Under the pieces are notes generated by a model that was not told where the DNA came from, searched no databases, and saw nothing but the letters and a program-made list of their open reading frames with translations. Shown here one piece after another: positions 1 through 7,667 of a stretch of 64,000 bases of DNA. The stretch is taken from sequence record LC494302.1. One strand, 5' to 3'. Position 1 is the first letter of the stretch. Every line of letters begins with the position of its first letter. This DNA is from Escherichia phage SP27. The position numbers and the translations under genes are program-made.

Positions 1-46
1 CAGGTACAATATTTCCGTACTTAACCATTCTTGTAAAAGGTAACAT
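1..46 (-). CDS. 5' end of a leftward gene (partial, continues beyond window start)
   Basis: Minus-strand ATG (rc of 44-46) 7 nt after strong SD AAGGAGGG (rc of 51-58); reads MLPFTRMVKYGNIVP; divergent from the + strand array. Confidence 0.5.
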   Translation of the reverse strand, partial: MLPFTRMVKYGNIVP

Positions 47-94
47 AAATCCCTCCTTATTCATTATATCATATTTACCCCATAAAGAAAACCC

Positions 95-123
95 TTGACA
101 TCCTTTCAGTACTGGTGTACTAT
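95..123 (+). promoter_or_regulatory. sigma70-like promoter of Fam-A array
   Basis: TTGACA 95-100 /17 nt/ TACTAT 118-123; SD AAGGAG 134-139; ATG 149. Confidence 0.65.
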
Positions 124-148
124 AGAAGGAATATAAGGAGAACTACAC

Positions 149-376
149 ATGACAAATACTCTTAAGTACTACCTCAATACTCTAAATGAACTAGAGTACG
201 GGGAATTTCTCGCGGATAGTTCGTGGCTAATTGAGCTAAAAAATTATAATAGTCCAGGATGCACCCTTATGATGAACAATGCAATTGATACCCTCATTGT
301 GAGTATTTTACACAGCAACATCTGCGGGGATAGCAATAAACAATTATCAAAAATCTTAGTACTGCTATCTATATGA
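149..376 (+). CDS. Fam-A mini-protein (divergent first member)
   Basis: 75 aa; SD AAGGAG; LKYYLNTL near N-term, ILVLLSI at C-term. Confidence 0.75.
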   Translation: MTNTLKYYLNTLNELEYGEFLADSSWLIELKNYNSPGCTLMMNNAIDTLIVSILHSNICGDSNKQLSKILVLLSI

Positions 377-576
377 ATATCGAACAGTACTACATCGATG
401 CACTACCAACAAAAGGTCTACGTGAAAGCCTACTGCATACACAAACTAATTTCAAACACCTCAAACGTAGCCCTAAACTCCTGAACTCGTACAGGAATAA
501 TAACATAAGAAATGCTTTACAAGGGGTAGAATGTATGCAATACTATTACATCCTTACCCTATTAATTGAGTACTAA
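373..576 (+). CDS. Fam-A mini-protein
   Basis: 67 aa; ATGA overlap with upstream stop; EQYYIDALP ... YYILTLLIEY. Confidence 0.8.
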   Translation: MNIEQYYIDALPTKGLRESLLHTQTNFKHLKRSPKLLNSYRNNNIRNALQGVECMQYYYILTLLIEY

Positions 577-577
577 T

Positions 578-787
578 ATGAATACTGAACATAAAGAATT
601 CTACACCAAATACCTTAGCAACGAAGAACAATTGTTTCTAAGGAGTGTATCACCTGTAAGTACCAATACTCAATTCGGTAGAGATTGCTTTAATAATTGT
701 ATACGTAGTACTCTAGAAGCAATCGAATGCAATAACAAAAATATTATGTACTCAGGTTTAATAGGACTAATATATTTCTATGAATAA
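578..787 (+). CDS. Fam-A mini-protein
   Basis: ATG in conserved TAATATG junction (track start 566 is TTG, rejected); MNTEHKEFYTKYL ... LIGLIYFYE. Confidence 0.75.
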   Translation: MNTEHKEFYTKYLSNEEQLFLRSVSPVSTNTQFGRDCFNNCIRSTLEAIECNNKNIMYSGLIGLIYFYE

Positions 788-974
788 TCATAAAGATTTC
801 TATTGTAGTAAACTACCCAAACAAGAACAGCTATCATTCTCTTTAGCACCACCTATGAGAAAGGATAATCTGTATTATAATTACGATTTCAGGATGGTGA
901 CACGTTATGCAATAGAACATCAGTTCCCTGAAACTAAGTACCGCTCTATCCTGAACCTCATCTTTAAGTTCTAA
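780..974 (+). CDS. Fam-A mini-protein
   Basis: 64 aa; MNNHKDFYCSKLP ... ILNLIFKF. Confidence 0.8.
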   Translation: MNNHKDFYCSKLPKQEQLSFSLAPPMRKDNLYYNYDFRMVTRYAIEHQFPETKYRSILNLIFKF

Positions 975-1026
975 AAGGTACACCAGGGACCGAGTACTTT
1001 AATATAGTAAGGCTAATTACATTATA

Positions 1027-1212
1027 ATGAATCATATAAGCTACTACTACCAACAACTATCCGACAGAGACAAGTACAGTCACAACTCCCATGTGTGGTA
1101 CTACAAACGCGGCAGTATAAGAGACAAACAACATTACTTCTGTATTTCTATTAAAGAAGCACTGACAACTAAGTACACGTACCGAGCAGTACTTAAACTT
1201 ATTGAAATGTAA
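1027..1212 (+). CDS. Fam-A mini-protein (LKLI subtype)
   Basis: 61 aa; ISYYYQQL ... KYTYRAVLKLIEM. Confidence 0.8.
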   Translation: MNHISYYYQQLSDRDKYSHNSHVWYYKRGSIRDKQHYFCISIKEALTTKYTYRAVLKLIEM

Positions 1213-1222
1213 AGAGAATACT

Positions 1223-1405
1223 ATGAACATTGAATTGTACTTAAGTAAATTACAGCCTGGCGATAGATTCATCTACAATAAGTTCGAATTCAACTACAAG
1301 AACGGGAGCAACAAATATCGTCGAGGATACCTATATACAAGCACAAGAGATGCACAAAACGAAAAGTACACATACAGAGAAGTACTTAAACTAATCTCTA
1401 TTTGA
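1223..1405 (+). CDS. Fam-A mini-protein (LKLI subtype)
   Basis: ATG 1223 (track start 1202 is TTG); MNIELYLSKL ... KYTYREVLKLISI. Confidence 0.75.
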   Translation: MNIELYLSKLQPGDRFIYNKFEFNYKNGSNKYRRGYLYTSTRDAQNEKYTYREVLKLISI

Positions 1406-1413
1406 GGTAATAT

Positions 1414-1599
1414 ATGAATACATTTGAGTACTATACCAATAAACTATCTATGCCTGAAAGATCTCATCTCTATGTGTGGAGAAATGCGTATAAAAGCGGC
1501 AATAAACTTATACAAAGAAATTCCCTTACAGTGTGTACAAATTTAATTAAAGCAGAGTACCGCACATATATTGAAGTACTCAAACTGATAGCAATATAA
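1414..1599 (+). CDS. Fam-A mini-protein (LKLI subtype)
   Basis: 61 aa; MNTFEYYTNKL ... YIEVLKLIAI. Confidence 0.8.
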   Translation: MNTFEYYTNKLSMPERSHLYVWRNAYKSGNKLIQRNSLTVCTNLIKAEYRTYIEVLKLIAI

Positions 1600-1607
1600 G
1601 GTACTCT

Positions 1608-1787
1608 ATGCAAGAATTCTATATCTATAACCTCCAGCACAAAGATAGATACAACTATAATAAATTCCAAAGGTACTACACAGTCGGGAACAAAAGAGAT
1701 AAAAAACGTTATCTACTCTCGTGTACAGTAGAAGCACAAAACGAAAAGTACACGTACAGAGAAGTACTTAAACTAATCTCAATCTAA
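1608..1787 (+). CDS. Fam-A mini-protein (LKLI subtype)
   Basis: 59 aa, below ORF-track cutoff; hand-translated MQEFYIYNLQHKDRY...NEKYTYREVLKLISI; fills array gap. Confidence 0.7.
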   Translation: MQEFYIYNLQHKDRYNYNKFQRYYTVGNKRDKKRYLLSCTVEAQNEKYTYREVLKLISI

Positions 1788-1794
1788 GGTAGAC

Positions 1795-1983
1795 ATGAAC
1801 ACTTTTGAGTACTACTTCAATAAACTAAACCACATAGAACAAAGTATGCACAACTCATTTATTCAGCACCATCAATCATCTGCACATGGAATTAAAAATA
1901 TATCGATTGAGATTATCACTACCCGTGTACAGTCATCTGAACGTTATATGTATATTGATGTACTGAAACTCATCTCTATGTAA
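1795..1983 (+). CDS. Fam-A mini-protein (LKLI subtype)
   Basis: 62 aa; MNTFEYYFNKL ... YIDVLKLISM. Confidence 0.8.
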   Translation: MNTFEYYFNKLNHIEQSMHNSFIQHHQSSAHGIKNISIEIITTRVQSSERYMYIDVLKLISM

Positions 1984-1991
1984 GGAATAAT

Positions 1992-2171
1992 ATGCAAGAA
2001 TACTATATAGAACACATAAGCATTAAAGACCGTTTCATGTACGACACCTTCGTGAAGTACTACAACCTGGCAACTAACAGTACTAAAAATATTAATCTCA
2101 ATAGCTGCATTCATCACGCACTAACAAAAGATAATCCCTTCAGGGAAATCCTCGCACTAGCATCTGTATAA
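1992..2171 (+). CDS. Fam-A mini-protein
   Basis: 59 aa, below track cutoff; hand-translated MQEYYIEHISIKDRF...FREILALASV. Confidence 0.65.
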   Translation: MQEYYIEHISIKDRFMYDTFVKYYNLATNSTKNINLNSCIHHALTKDNPFREILALASV

Positions 2172-2181
2172 AGGAAACCAA

Positions 2182-2841
2182 ATGAAACTTAATGCACACA
2201 GCAAACAATACCTTAAGCACTTTAAGTACCTCAACAGTATTCAAGCAGAATCTATTACATCTGCATATACGTATCACCCAAATGTACTAAAGAAACGAAA
2301 TAAAAAGAAAAAATCCAGAAATGTTCTCGTATCTAAGAACCTCAAATCGTACTTGAAGAAAAATAATATAGCTCTTGCTTTTATTAATATCTATAATACT
2401 GATTTAAAAGTATTGAGTACTAATACCAGCACAAAAGCACTAAAGAATGCATCTATCTATATACACATGGATAATATCCCGTGCACTATAATTCTATCTT
2501 TCGGGAATGTATACTTCTTCGGGAATTGTAATAGCACCCATGATATCAGTACTGCACAATTCCAAATCGGCGATATGTACTGCATGGGTTCAGAAAAAAT
2601 ACACGATAACATGCACTTCTTCCAAAAGCAACGTACTAACGAAACTGATACAGTACTGCAATTCCTCAAAGAATTACAAGGCAAAGAATTATCAGAAGAA
2701 GATCTATTCATGTACAGTACTGTAATCGATAATCCAGAACTCTATAAAAACGCGTACAATCTAACAAAACATGTACAGGAACTTATCAGTACTGATAAGA
2801 AATTTCATCACCTCATTACGTATATTTCAAACTATGTATAA
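2182..2841 (+). CDS. Fam-C-like protein embedded in Fam-A array
   Basis: 219 aa; SD AAGGAA; carries LSEEDLFMYSTVID = Fam-C core with Q replaced by M; Lys-rich patch KKRNKKKKSR. Confidence 0.8.
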   Translation: MKLNAHSKQYLKHFKYLNSIQAESITSAYTYHPNVLKKRNKKKKSRNVLVSKNLKSYLKKNNIALAFINIYNTDLKVLSTNTSTKALKNASIYIHMDNIPCTIILSFGNVYFFGNCNSTHDISTAQFQIGDMYCMGSEKIHDNMHFFQKQRTNETDTVLQFLKELQGKELSEEDLFMYSTVIDNPELYKNAYNLTKHVQELISTDKKFHHLITYISNYV

Positions 2842-3016
2842 AGAATACTACAAAGATAAAATCCCAATGCATCTACAACACCATATACCAAACGTTGCAT
2901 TGGGTATCAAAGATCACGCAAAGATAATGTTCCAACAATGTACTAAGTACACGCTCATATACGATGATAATCCATATATGCTGTACTACGTAGTAATGCT
3001 AACATTCAGGTACTAA
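2834..3016 (+). CDS. Fam-A mini-protein
   Basis: ATG 2834 overlapping upstream stop (track start 2771 rejected); MYKEYYKDKIP ... VVMLTFRY. Confidence 0.75.
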   Translation: MYKEYYKDKIPMHLQHHIPNVALGIKDHAKIMFQQCTKYTLIYDDNPYMLYYVVMLTFRY

Positions 3017-3017
3017 T

Positions 3018-3197
3018 ATGAATACTTATAAAGAATTCTACCTCTCGTACCTTAATTCCGATATAGTAACATCCAATACATTCAGTACTAAAATTATCTA
3101 TAATGAATTAATGAAAGAATGTATTAAAGGTGCTATTAACCCTAAAGATACGTATGACTTGTACTATGCAGTACTAACCCTTGTTTTCACGAAATAA
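3018..3197 (+). CDS. Fam-A mini-protein
   Basis: 59 aa, below track cutoff; TAATATG junction; hand-translated MNTYKEFYLSYL...YYAVLTLVFTK. Confidence 0.7.
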   Translation: MNTYKEFYLSYLNSDIVTSNTFSTKIIYNELMKECIKGAINPKDTYDLYYAVLTLVFTK

Positions 3198-3205
3198 CAC
3201 ATAAT

Positions 3206-3397
3206 ATGAATAACCACAAAGAATACTACATAGAGAAACTCCCAATGTATCTCCAACACCTTGTACCAACAGAACCATTGGGTATAGAAAAAAACTACGA
3301 AAAAGACTACTTCATTCAGTGCACTAAATCCTCGATATATATTGAAGACTATAATCGAGTACTGTATCACATCCTTTTACTAATATATAGGTACTAA
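3206..3397 (+). CDS. Fam-A mini-protein
   Basis: 63 aa; MNNHKEYYIEKLP ... ILLLIYRY. Confidence 0.85.
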   Translation: MNNHKEYYIEKLPMYLQHLVPTEPLGIEKNYEKDYFIQCTKSSIYIEDYNRVLYHILLLIYRY

Positions 3398-3398
3398 T

Positions 3399-3581
3399 AT
3401 GCACAAAGAATACTACACACAATTTCTCCCCAGCATTTTTGAACACTACGCCAGATACAAAGTCCCTATGGATAACGATTTGGCAGTACTGGGATTCAAT
3501 AACTGCATAGAACGAAGTATAGAAAATAGTAGTAGTTATGACCAGCTATATAACACTATCCTACTTATATTCAGGTACTAA
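3399..3581 (+). CDS. Fam-A mini-protein
   Basis: 60 aa; TAATATG junction; MHKEYYTQFLP ... ILLIFRY. Confidence 0.85.
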   Translation: MHKEYYTQFLPSIFEHYARYKVPMDNDLAVLGFNNCIERSIENSSSYDQLYNTILLIFRY

Positions 3582-3582
3582 C

Positions 3583-3771
3583 ATGCATAAAGAATACTAC
3601 ACAAAATATTTCCCAATGTACCTCAGAACTAATCTATTAGATAAACCTCGCGGTATCAATGCACAAAATGATAAAGTGTATTTTACTATGTGCACTAAAG
3701 CATGTATACTAGATTTTGACAGCTACCATCGAGTACTGTATCATACCCTGTACCTAGCTTTCGTATTCTAA
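3583..3771 (+). CDS. Fam-A mini-protein
   Basis: ATG 3583 right after upstream stop (track start 3538 rejected); MHKEYYTKYFP ... LYLAFVF. Confidence 0.8.
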   Translation: MHKEYYTKYFPMYLRTNLLDKPRGINAQNDKVYFTMCTKACILDFDSYHRVLYHTLYLAFVF

Positions 3772-3780
3772 GAGAACAAT

Positions 3781-3966
3781 ATGCATAAAGAATTCTACTT
3801 AAGCCATCTGGATCTAAACTCCCAAATGCTTATACCACTAATCCCAATAGATATCAAGGATAAGAAAAATACCGAACAATTCATTTACCATACACAGTGT
3901 GCGATCACCCCAAATTACATTCCATATGAATTGTACTACATTATCGCCCTAATATATAGGTACTAA
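3781..3966 (+). CDS. Fam-A mini-protein
   Basis: 61 aa; MHKEFYLSHL ... IIALIYRY. Confidence 0.85.
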   Translation: MHKEFYLSHLDLNSQMLIPLIPIDIKDKKNTEQFIYHTQCAITPNYIPYELYYIIALIYRY

Positions 3967-3967
3967 T

Positions 3968-4153
3968 ATGCATAGAGAATACTACACACAATTTGTTAAA
4001 GGGAACTACAAACATGCCGTACCCAGAACCCCTTTAAATTCTCATGACCCAAGTACTATATTCTTGTTTAATGACGCAATACGTACAGTACTCAATACTA
4101 AAGATGAAGATGTGCAGTACGTATTCTTACTATTACTTATATACAGACACTAA
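3968..4153 (+). CDS. Fam-A mini-protein
   Basis: 61 aa; TAATATG junction; MHREYYTQFV ... LLLLIYRH. Confidence 0.85.
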   Translation: MHREYYTQFVKGNYKHAVPRTPLNSHDPSTIFLFNDAIRTVLNTKDEDVQYVFLLLLIYRH

Positions 4154-4158
4154 CTAAT

Positions 4159-4341
4159 ATGAATAAAGAACATAAAGAATTCTATATACGAAAACTAACA
4201 TTCGTCCCCGTAAGAATATATAAAGAATGCGACCCAAGATTATACCTATGGCACTTCAATGAGTGCATAAAAGATTCTATATACCATAAGAACTATAAAG
4301 AACAATTGTGCTCAGTACTAACACTAGTACTATCATATTAA
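4159..4341 (+). CDS. Fam-A mini-protein
   Basis: 60 aa; MNKEHKEFYIRKL ... LTLVLSY. Confidence 0.85.
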   Translation: MNKEHKEFYIRKLTFVPVRIYKECDPRLYLWHFNECIKDSIYHKNYKEQLCSVLTLVLSY

Positions 4342-4356
4342 TTAATAGAGAATACT

Positions 4357-4548
4357 ATGTATAAAAACTTCTATATAAGTAAACTAAAAGAAAATGAACA
4401 AGTATGGATTAGATCTATAATTCCACTGGCATTTAATAGATATGCATTTAACAGATGTACCGAGATTGCTATAGACCCTTATAATATTAAAGAGAATGTA
4501 CAGTATAATCAGTACTACTATATCTTAATGCTTATATATAGAAAGTAA
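4357..4548 (+). CDS. Fam-A mini-protein (last member)
   Basis: 63 aa; MYKNFYISKL ... YILMLIYRK. Confidence 0.8.
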   Translation: MYKNFYISKLKENEQVWIRSIIPLAFNRYAFNRCTEIAIDPYNIKENVQYNQYYYILMLIYRK

Positions 4549-4564
4549 TTAAACACATAGAGAC

Positions 4565-4649
4565 AGGGGAAGCTCCTAGTGAACAACCTTTATGTACAGG
4601 CGAATTGTTAAAATTCAGCCTGGACAAATGCGATCACTAGGATTCTCCC
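4565..4649 (+). other. long imperfect hairpin right after Fam-A array
   Basis: GGGGA-agc-TCCTAGTGA 4565-4581 pairs with TCACTAGGA-t-TCTCCCC 4633-4649 (9 + 5 bp, 51-nt loop). Confidence 0.5.
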
Positions 4650-4659
4650 CAGGCTAAAC

Positions 4660-4935
4660 CCCGTAATCATAGGTAGTCATAAGTAATCATATATAAACAT
4701 TTATATGAGCACCGTAGAATCACAGAATGATTATATATGATTCAGTACTGATTAGTATAGACAAGAATGCTCAAGAATGCACGGGAAGGATTCAGAATGA
4801 TTCAGTACTGATATGCCACTAAGTAGGCAGAGGAAGTCTGCCGTACTTTGTAGTTTCCAAGCTCCTTTTCCATTTTGCAAATTACATCAAATGTAATCAA
4901 AAGTAATCACGCAATGATTAGTACTGAATTATTAC
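4660..4935. repeat. cluster of short iterated words (GTAATCA, GAATGATT, AAGAATGC)
   Basis: GTAATCA at 4662, 4682, 4893, 4903; GAATGATT(A/C) three or four times; no ORF. Confidence 0.6.
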
Positions 4936-5185
4936 TTTCACCTTAATTTCAATTACCCCTTTACCCTTCGGGGTAAAATTCAATTACCCCTTGAGGCTCC
5001 AGCAAAAAGTTGGTTAGTACTCCATCCTAAATCTGGATCGTAAAAAATTTGGAGTACCTATGAAATAAAAGTTGGATCTTCGAAAGTTGAAATTTACGTT
5101 GGGACATATAGGATTTGTGGGATATAATGAGTTTTGTAGCGATACAGATTATACGATTTCAGTACTGAATAATGAAAGAAAGCTA

Positions 5186-5318
5186 TTGACATTATGATTC
5201 AGTACTGTATAATGTTCTACATAGGGTGATGAGTTGCTGCGAACAATTCATTTACTCTACCTCCTGTCGTGAGACAGTACAGAAAAGATAGTTCCTCCTG
5301 TGGTGGTACATCTTTTTG
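5186..5318 (+). ncRNA. candidate promoter-driven short RNA (about 100 nt) with two CCUCCUGU motifs
   Basis: TTGACA 5186-5191 /16/ TATAAT 5208-5213; no ORF with SD; CTGTC-GTGA-GACAG hairpin; direct repeat CCTCCTGT(C/G)GTG; T-run 5312-5316. Confidence 0.4.
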
Positions 5319-5544
5319 AACCTCATATGAAAATCGTAATAACAGTACTGATATTAACAGAATGGTGTCAGTACTGATTTTAATCTAAAGCATTATGCCA
5401 CCAGCACAAGTTGGTGGATTCCCTCTAACAGTATTCAGTACTACATGATAGTCTTCATCCTCCTAGGGTAACATAGTGAGGGCTATGATGGCAGTACTGA
5501 ATACTCCCTTTCAAAAGATAGATCTATGGTATAGTACTGACGGA

Positions 5545-5730
5545 TTTTGGGTGTAGTTACCCTGGATGGATTTTGGACGTAGATATGTCTAGCCCTCCAG
5601 AAGTCTGGAAGTAAAGATGGCTATCCATCTAGACGGCTAAACGGATAGATTTCTGGATGGCTGGATGGCTAGACGTTTGGACGGCTAAACGGCTAGATGG
5701 TTACACGTCTGGAAGTATAGACGGCTAAAT
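5545..5730. repeat. iteron-like cluster
   Basis: GACGGCTAAA at 5632, 5680, 5720; CTGGATGG at 5562, 5653, 5661; GTCTGGAAGTA at 5603, 5707; ATTTTGG(G/A)CGT repeated. Confidence 0.7.
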
Positions 5731-5884
5731 CAAAATTTTATTTTGTTTTTTCCAATAGTTCCCCTACCGCGTGGGGATAGTTTCCCCGCAGTATCTGGAG
5801 TTAGATTTTTCTGAATCTGGAATCATTATCTTATAAACTGGGGGCAATGTCAACGGCCTGGACGGATATTTTTAAAAATTTTTT

Positions 5885-5978
5885 CAGTACTGAATTTTGG
5901 GCGTAACTATGCACCCGGTGGGCTTGAGTCTTTCTCGACTTGATGGAACTATTATACAGTACTGAAAAAATAAAGCAA
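5885..5978 (-). ncRNA. short promoter-driven noncoding unit, CCCAYMGGGTGC core (unit a)
   Basis: Minus strand TTGCTT (rc 5973-5978) /16/ TATAAT (rc 5951-5956); reads ...CAAGCCCACCGGGTGCATAGTTACGCCCAAAATT; no ORF. Confidence 0.4.
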
Positions 5979-6008
5979 TACCCTGGAAGCAAAAAAGTTT
6001 TAATTAAT

Positions 6009-6091
6009 TTGCTTGCTATCCTGGGCCGGACTATGGTACTATATTTCAGTACTGAGAAAGTGCGTTTACCTGCTAGGGTGCGGGAGTGTAT
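6009..6091 (+). ncRNA. short promoter-driven noncoding unit (unit b)
   Basis: TTGCTT 6009-6014 /17/ TATGGT 6032-6037; ...CTGCTAGGGTGCGGGAGTGTATCC then T-run 6084-6090. Confidence 0.35.
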
Positions 6092-6194
6092 CCTTTTTTT
6101 ATATCTTGAATTTTGGGCGTAATTCCGCACCCTCTGGGGTTTCCGCTTTCTCGCGTCTATGTAGTAATTATACGCTTTTTCAGGATCAAGTCAA
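6092..6194 (-). ncRNA. short promoter-driven noncoding unit (unit c), convergent with unit b
   Basis: Minus strand TTGACT (rc 6189-6194) /16/ TATAAT (rc 6167-6172); reads ...AACCCCAGAGGGTGCGGAATTACGCCCAAAATT. Confidence 0.4.
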
Positions 6195-6352
6195 TACCTA
6201 AAAACAAAATAATTGAAAATAATTTAACGCGTTTAAACGGCCCGTAACGCCCTGGAATGATTAGAATGGTGCAAATGTATAGCTTAGGTGTATTAATGCG
6301 TTAGAATGCGTCTGAGGCCGTTTTATGGGGTGTAGTAGTGATTTGGTTGATT

Positions 6353-6439
6353 CAGTACTGAATAATAGTACTCCTATATAGAAAGATAGTTCCCCTGGAT
6401 GGTTGCAGTACTGAATAATAGTACTCCTATATAGAAAGA
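6353..6439 (+). repeat. 34-bp direct repeat x2
   Basis: CAGTACTGAATAATAGTACTCCTATATAGAAAGA at 6353-6386 and 6406-6439, 19-bp spacer. Confidence 0.85.
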
Positions 6440-6470
6440 AAACTATTTTAAAAGTATTTGTAGAAAGTAC

Positions 6471-6530
6471 TTGCACCGTACTGATAAAAGCGTATAATGT
6501 TTTACATCGAGAGCGGGAACACTTCCCGCT
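6471..6530 (+). promoter_or_regulatory. early promoter + 5' hairpin cassette
   Basis: TTGCAC 6471-6476 /16/ TATAAT 6493-6498; hairpin AGCGGGAA-CAC-TTCCCGCT 6512-6530. Confidence 0.75.
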
Positions 6531-6553
6531 ACACATTAAGAGAGATTAAAACG

Positions 6554-6916
6554 ATGGCGACTCAAATCAATAAAATCATGCTTAACCTGGTAAACTTCCG
6601 CGATGAGATGAAAGGTCTTCCGGCTGAAACTGTAAAAATTCACATTGCAGCTTATCGGGAACTTATTGCAATGTTGCCGCTTAAGCGTGAACAATACGCC
6701 GCTACTTTGATGCTGGATTCAATGATCCATATAATGATCTCAAATGATTTAACGATGGTTTATCAGTACATGGGCGAAAATTTCGCGGTGTGTAGTAAGC
6801 CAGTACCAGGGATGGCAACAACTGAGGAATTGCACGGCTTAAACTTAAAACAAGATGCATGGGATAATATGCCTCGTTTCCTGGTATGGGCTGACAGTGG
6901 CAAAATTTACAAATAA
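6554..6916 (+). CDS. hypothetical protein
   Basis: 120 aa from MATQINKIM; track start 6497 lies inside promoter/hairpin so rejected; SD AAGAGAG. Confidence 0.8.
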   Translation: MATQINKIMLNLVNFRDEMKGLPAETVKIHIAAYRELIAMLPLKREQYAATLMLDSMIHIMISNDLTMVYQYMGENFAVCSKPVPGMATTEELHGLNLKQDAWDNMPRFLVWADSGKIYK

Positions 6917-6930
6917 GTTTAATAAAGTAC

Positions 6931-6989
6931 TTGCAAACTATGTTTAATGGCGTATAATGTTTTACATCAGGTGGGGAATAGTTCCCCAC
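6931..6989 (+). promoter_or_regulatory. early promoter + 5' hairpin cassette
   Basis: TTGCAA 6931-6936 /16/ TATAAT 6953-6958; hairpin GTGGGGAA-TAG-TTCCCCAC 6971-6989. Confidence 0.75.
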
Positions 6990-7008
6990 TATATAAGAGG
7001 ATTAAAAA

Positions 7009-7248
7009 ATGGCTAAATCAAAAATGTTCTTAGGTCACAAAAACAAAACTCATTGGAATGTAAGCCTGTGGATTAATAACGATGAGGGATTGTATCGGTT
7101 GGCCCTGGACTTTATTGCCGCCAATACTAATCGCAATGATGCGGCCCGTCATATGATGTTATTTTTAGAACAGACTGGACAAGATAAAACACCGGACGGA
7201 TTCAAATATAGCACTACTGCGATCCGTGCGGCGATGGTTGGAATGTAA
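7009..7248 (+). CDS. hypothetical protein (paralog of 9050..9289)
   Basis: 79 aa; shared HKNKTHWNVSLWINN...TPDGFKYSTTAIRAAMVGM. Confidence 0.85.
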   Translation: MAKSKMFLGHKNKTHWNVSLWINNDEGLYRLALDFIAANTNRNDAARHMMLFLEQTGQDKTPDGFKYSTTAIRAAMVGM

Positions 7249-7262
7249 TAGAATTTATTTAA

Positions 7263-7297
7263 AGTACTATCATTTTTTTGCGATAGTACTTTATAAT
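7263..7297 (+). promoter_or_regulatory. promoter with AGTACT inverted repeat (weak -35)
   Basis: AGTACTATC 7263-7271 / GATAGTACT 7282-7290, TATAAT 7292-7297; sister copy at 20303-20331 has TTGACA. Confidence 0.5.
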
Positions 7298-7334
7298 AGT
7301 GTTTTATTCATACACCAACGATAAGGGCAACAGC

Positions 7335-7601
7335 ATGAATATTAAGTATTTTGCGACGCGTGAACAAGCTCGGATCGCCGCACGCCAGGACGGGGCAACG
7401 TTTAAAGATATGGGAGCGGGATCGGCAAGTGGTGAACGTTGGGCCATTGTAAAGCGTAGTACGGCCAGATCTTTACAGTACTGGTTAGCGGCCTTAAAAA
7501 GTCCCGATAGTGTATCGCGTCGAGTGGTAGAAATAAAGCTCGACCGAAAGGGCAACCGCGTGACCGTGTACCGTACTAAAAAGATTGCAGTACTTGAATA
7601 A
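7335..7601 (+). CDS. hypothetical protein (paralog of 20376..20771)
   Basis: 88 aa from MNIKYFATREQARIAARQDGATFKDMG; C-term DRKGNRVTVYRTKK shared with paralog. Confidence 0.8.
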   Translation: MNIKYFATREQARIAARQDGATFKDMGAGSASGERWAIVKRSTARSLQYWLAALKSPDSVSRRVVEIKLDRKGNRVTVYRTKKIAVLE

Positions 7602-7608
7602 AAAGTAC

Positions 7609-7667
7609 TTGCAAACTATGTTTAATGGCGTATAATGTTTTACATCGAGAGCGGGAACACTTCCCGC
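7609..7667 (+). promoter_or_regulatory. early promoter + 5' hairpin cassette
   Basis: TTGCAA 7609-7614 /16/ TATAAT 7631-7636; hairpin GCGGGAA-CAC-TTCCCGC 7651-7667. Confidence 0.75.

Larger units (their letters stand above)
149..4548 (+). repeat. Fam-A tandem gene array (19 mini-genes of about 60 codons plus one inserted Fam-C-like gene)
   Basis: Period about 185-205 nt; recurring junction GGTACTAATATG and N-terminal M-x-KE[YF]Y, C-terminal L-[LI]-[IY]-[RF]-[YF] or VLKLI. Confidence 0.85.

Noticed and set aside
149-4548. CRISPR-like look of the arrays (short conserved junction words separated by roughly 160-200-nt variable segments)
   Set aside because: The conserved words are stop/start junctions and N- and C-terminal codons of intact ORFs. 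The periods are far longer than repeat-spacer units and are variable. No palindromic CRISPR repeat, leader or cas gene is present.
5831-6201. ORFs of 60-99 aa on both strands inside the noncoding hub (5831-6130 minus, 5940-6122 and 6013-6201 plus, 6261-6536 minus)
   Set aside because: They have no SD and overlap one another. They run straight through the promoter, core and terminator-like elements of units a-c, and their composition is unlike that of neighbouring genes.
6497-6553. N-terminal extensions given by the ORF track for many early genes (6497, 9020, 10167, 12479, 14575, 19642, 21084, 21358, 24856, 36332, 40326 and others)
   Set aside because: The extended starts fall inside the -10 box or the 5' hairpin, so upstream of the likely transcription start, or they are TTG/GTG codons. 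An internal ATG with a proper AGGA-type SD exists 8-20 nt after the hairpin in each case.
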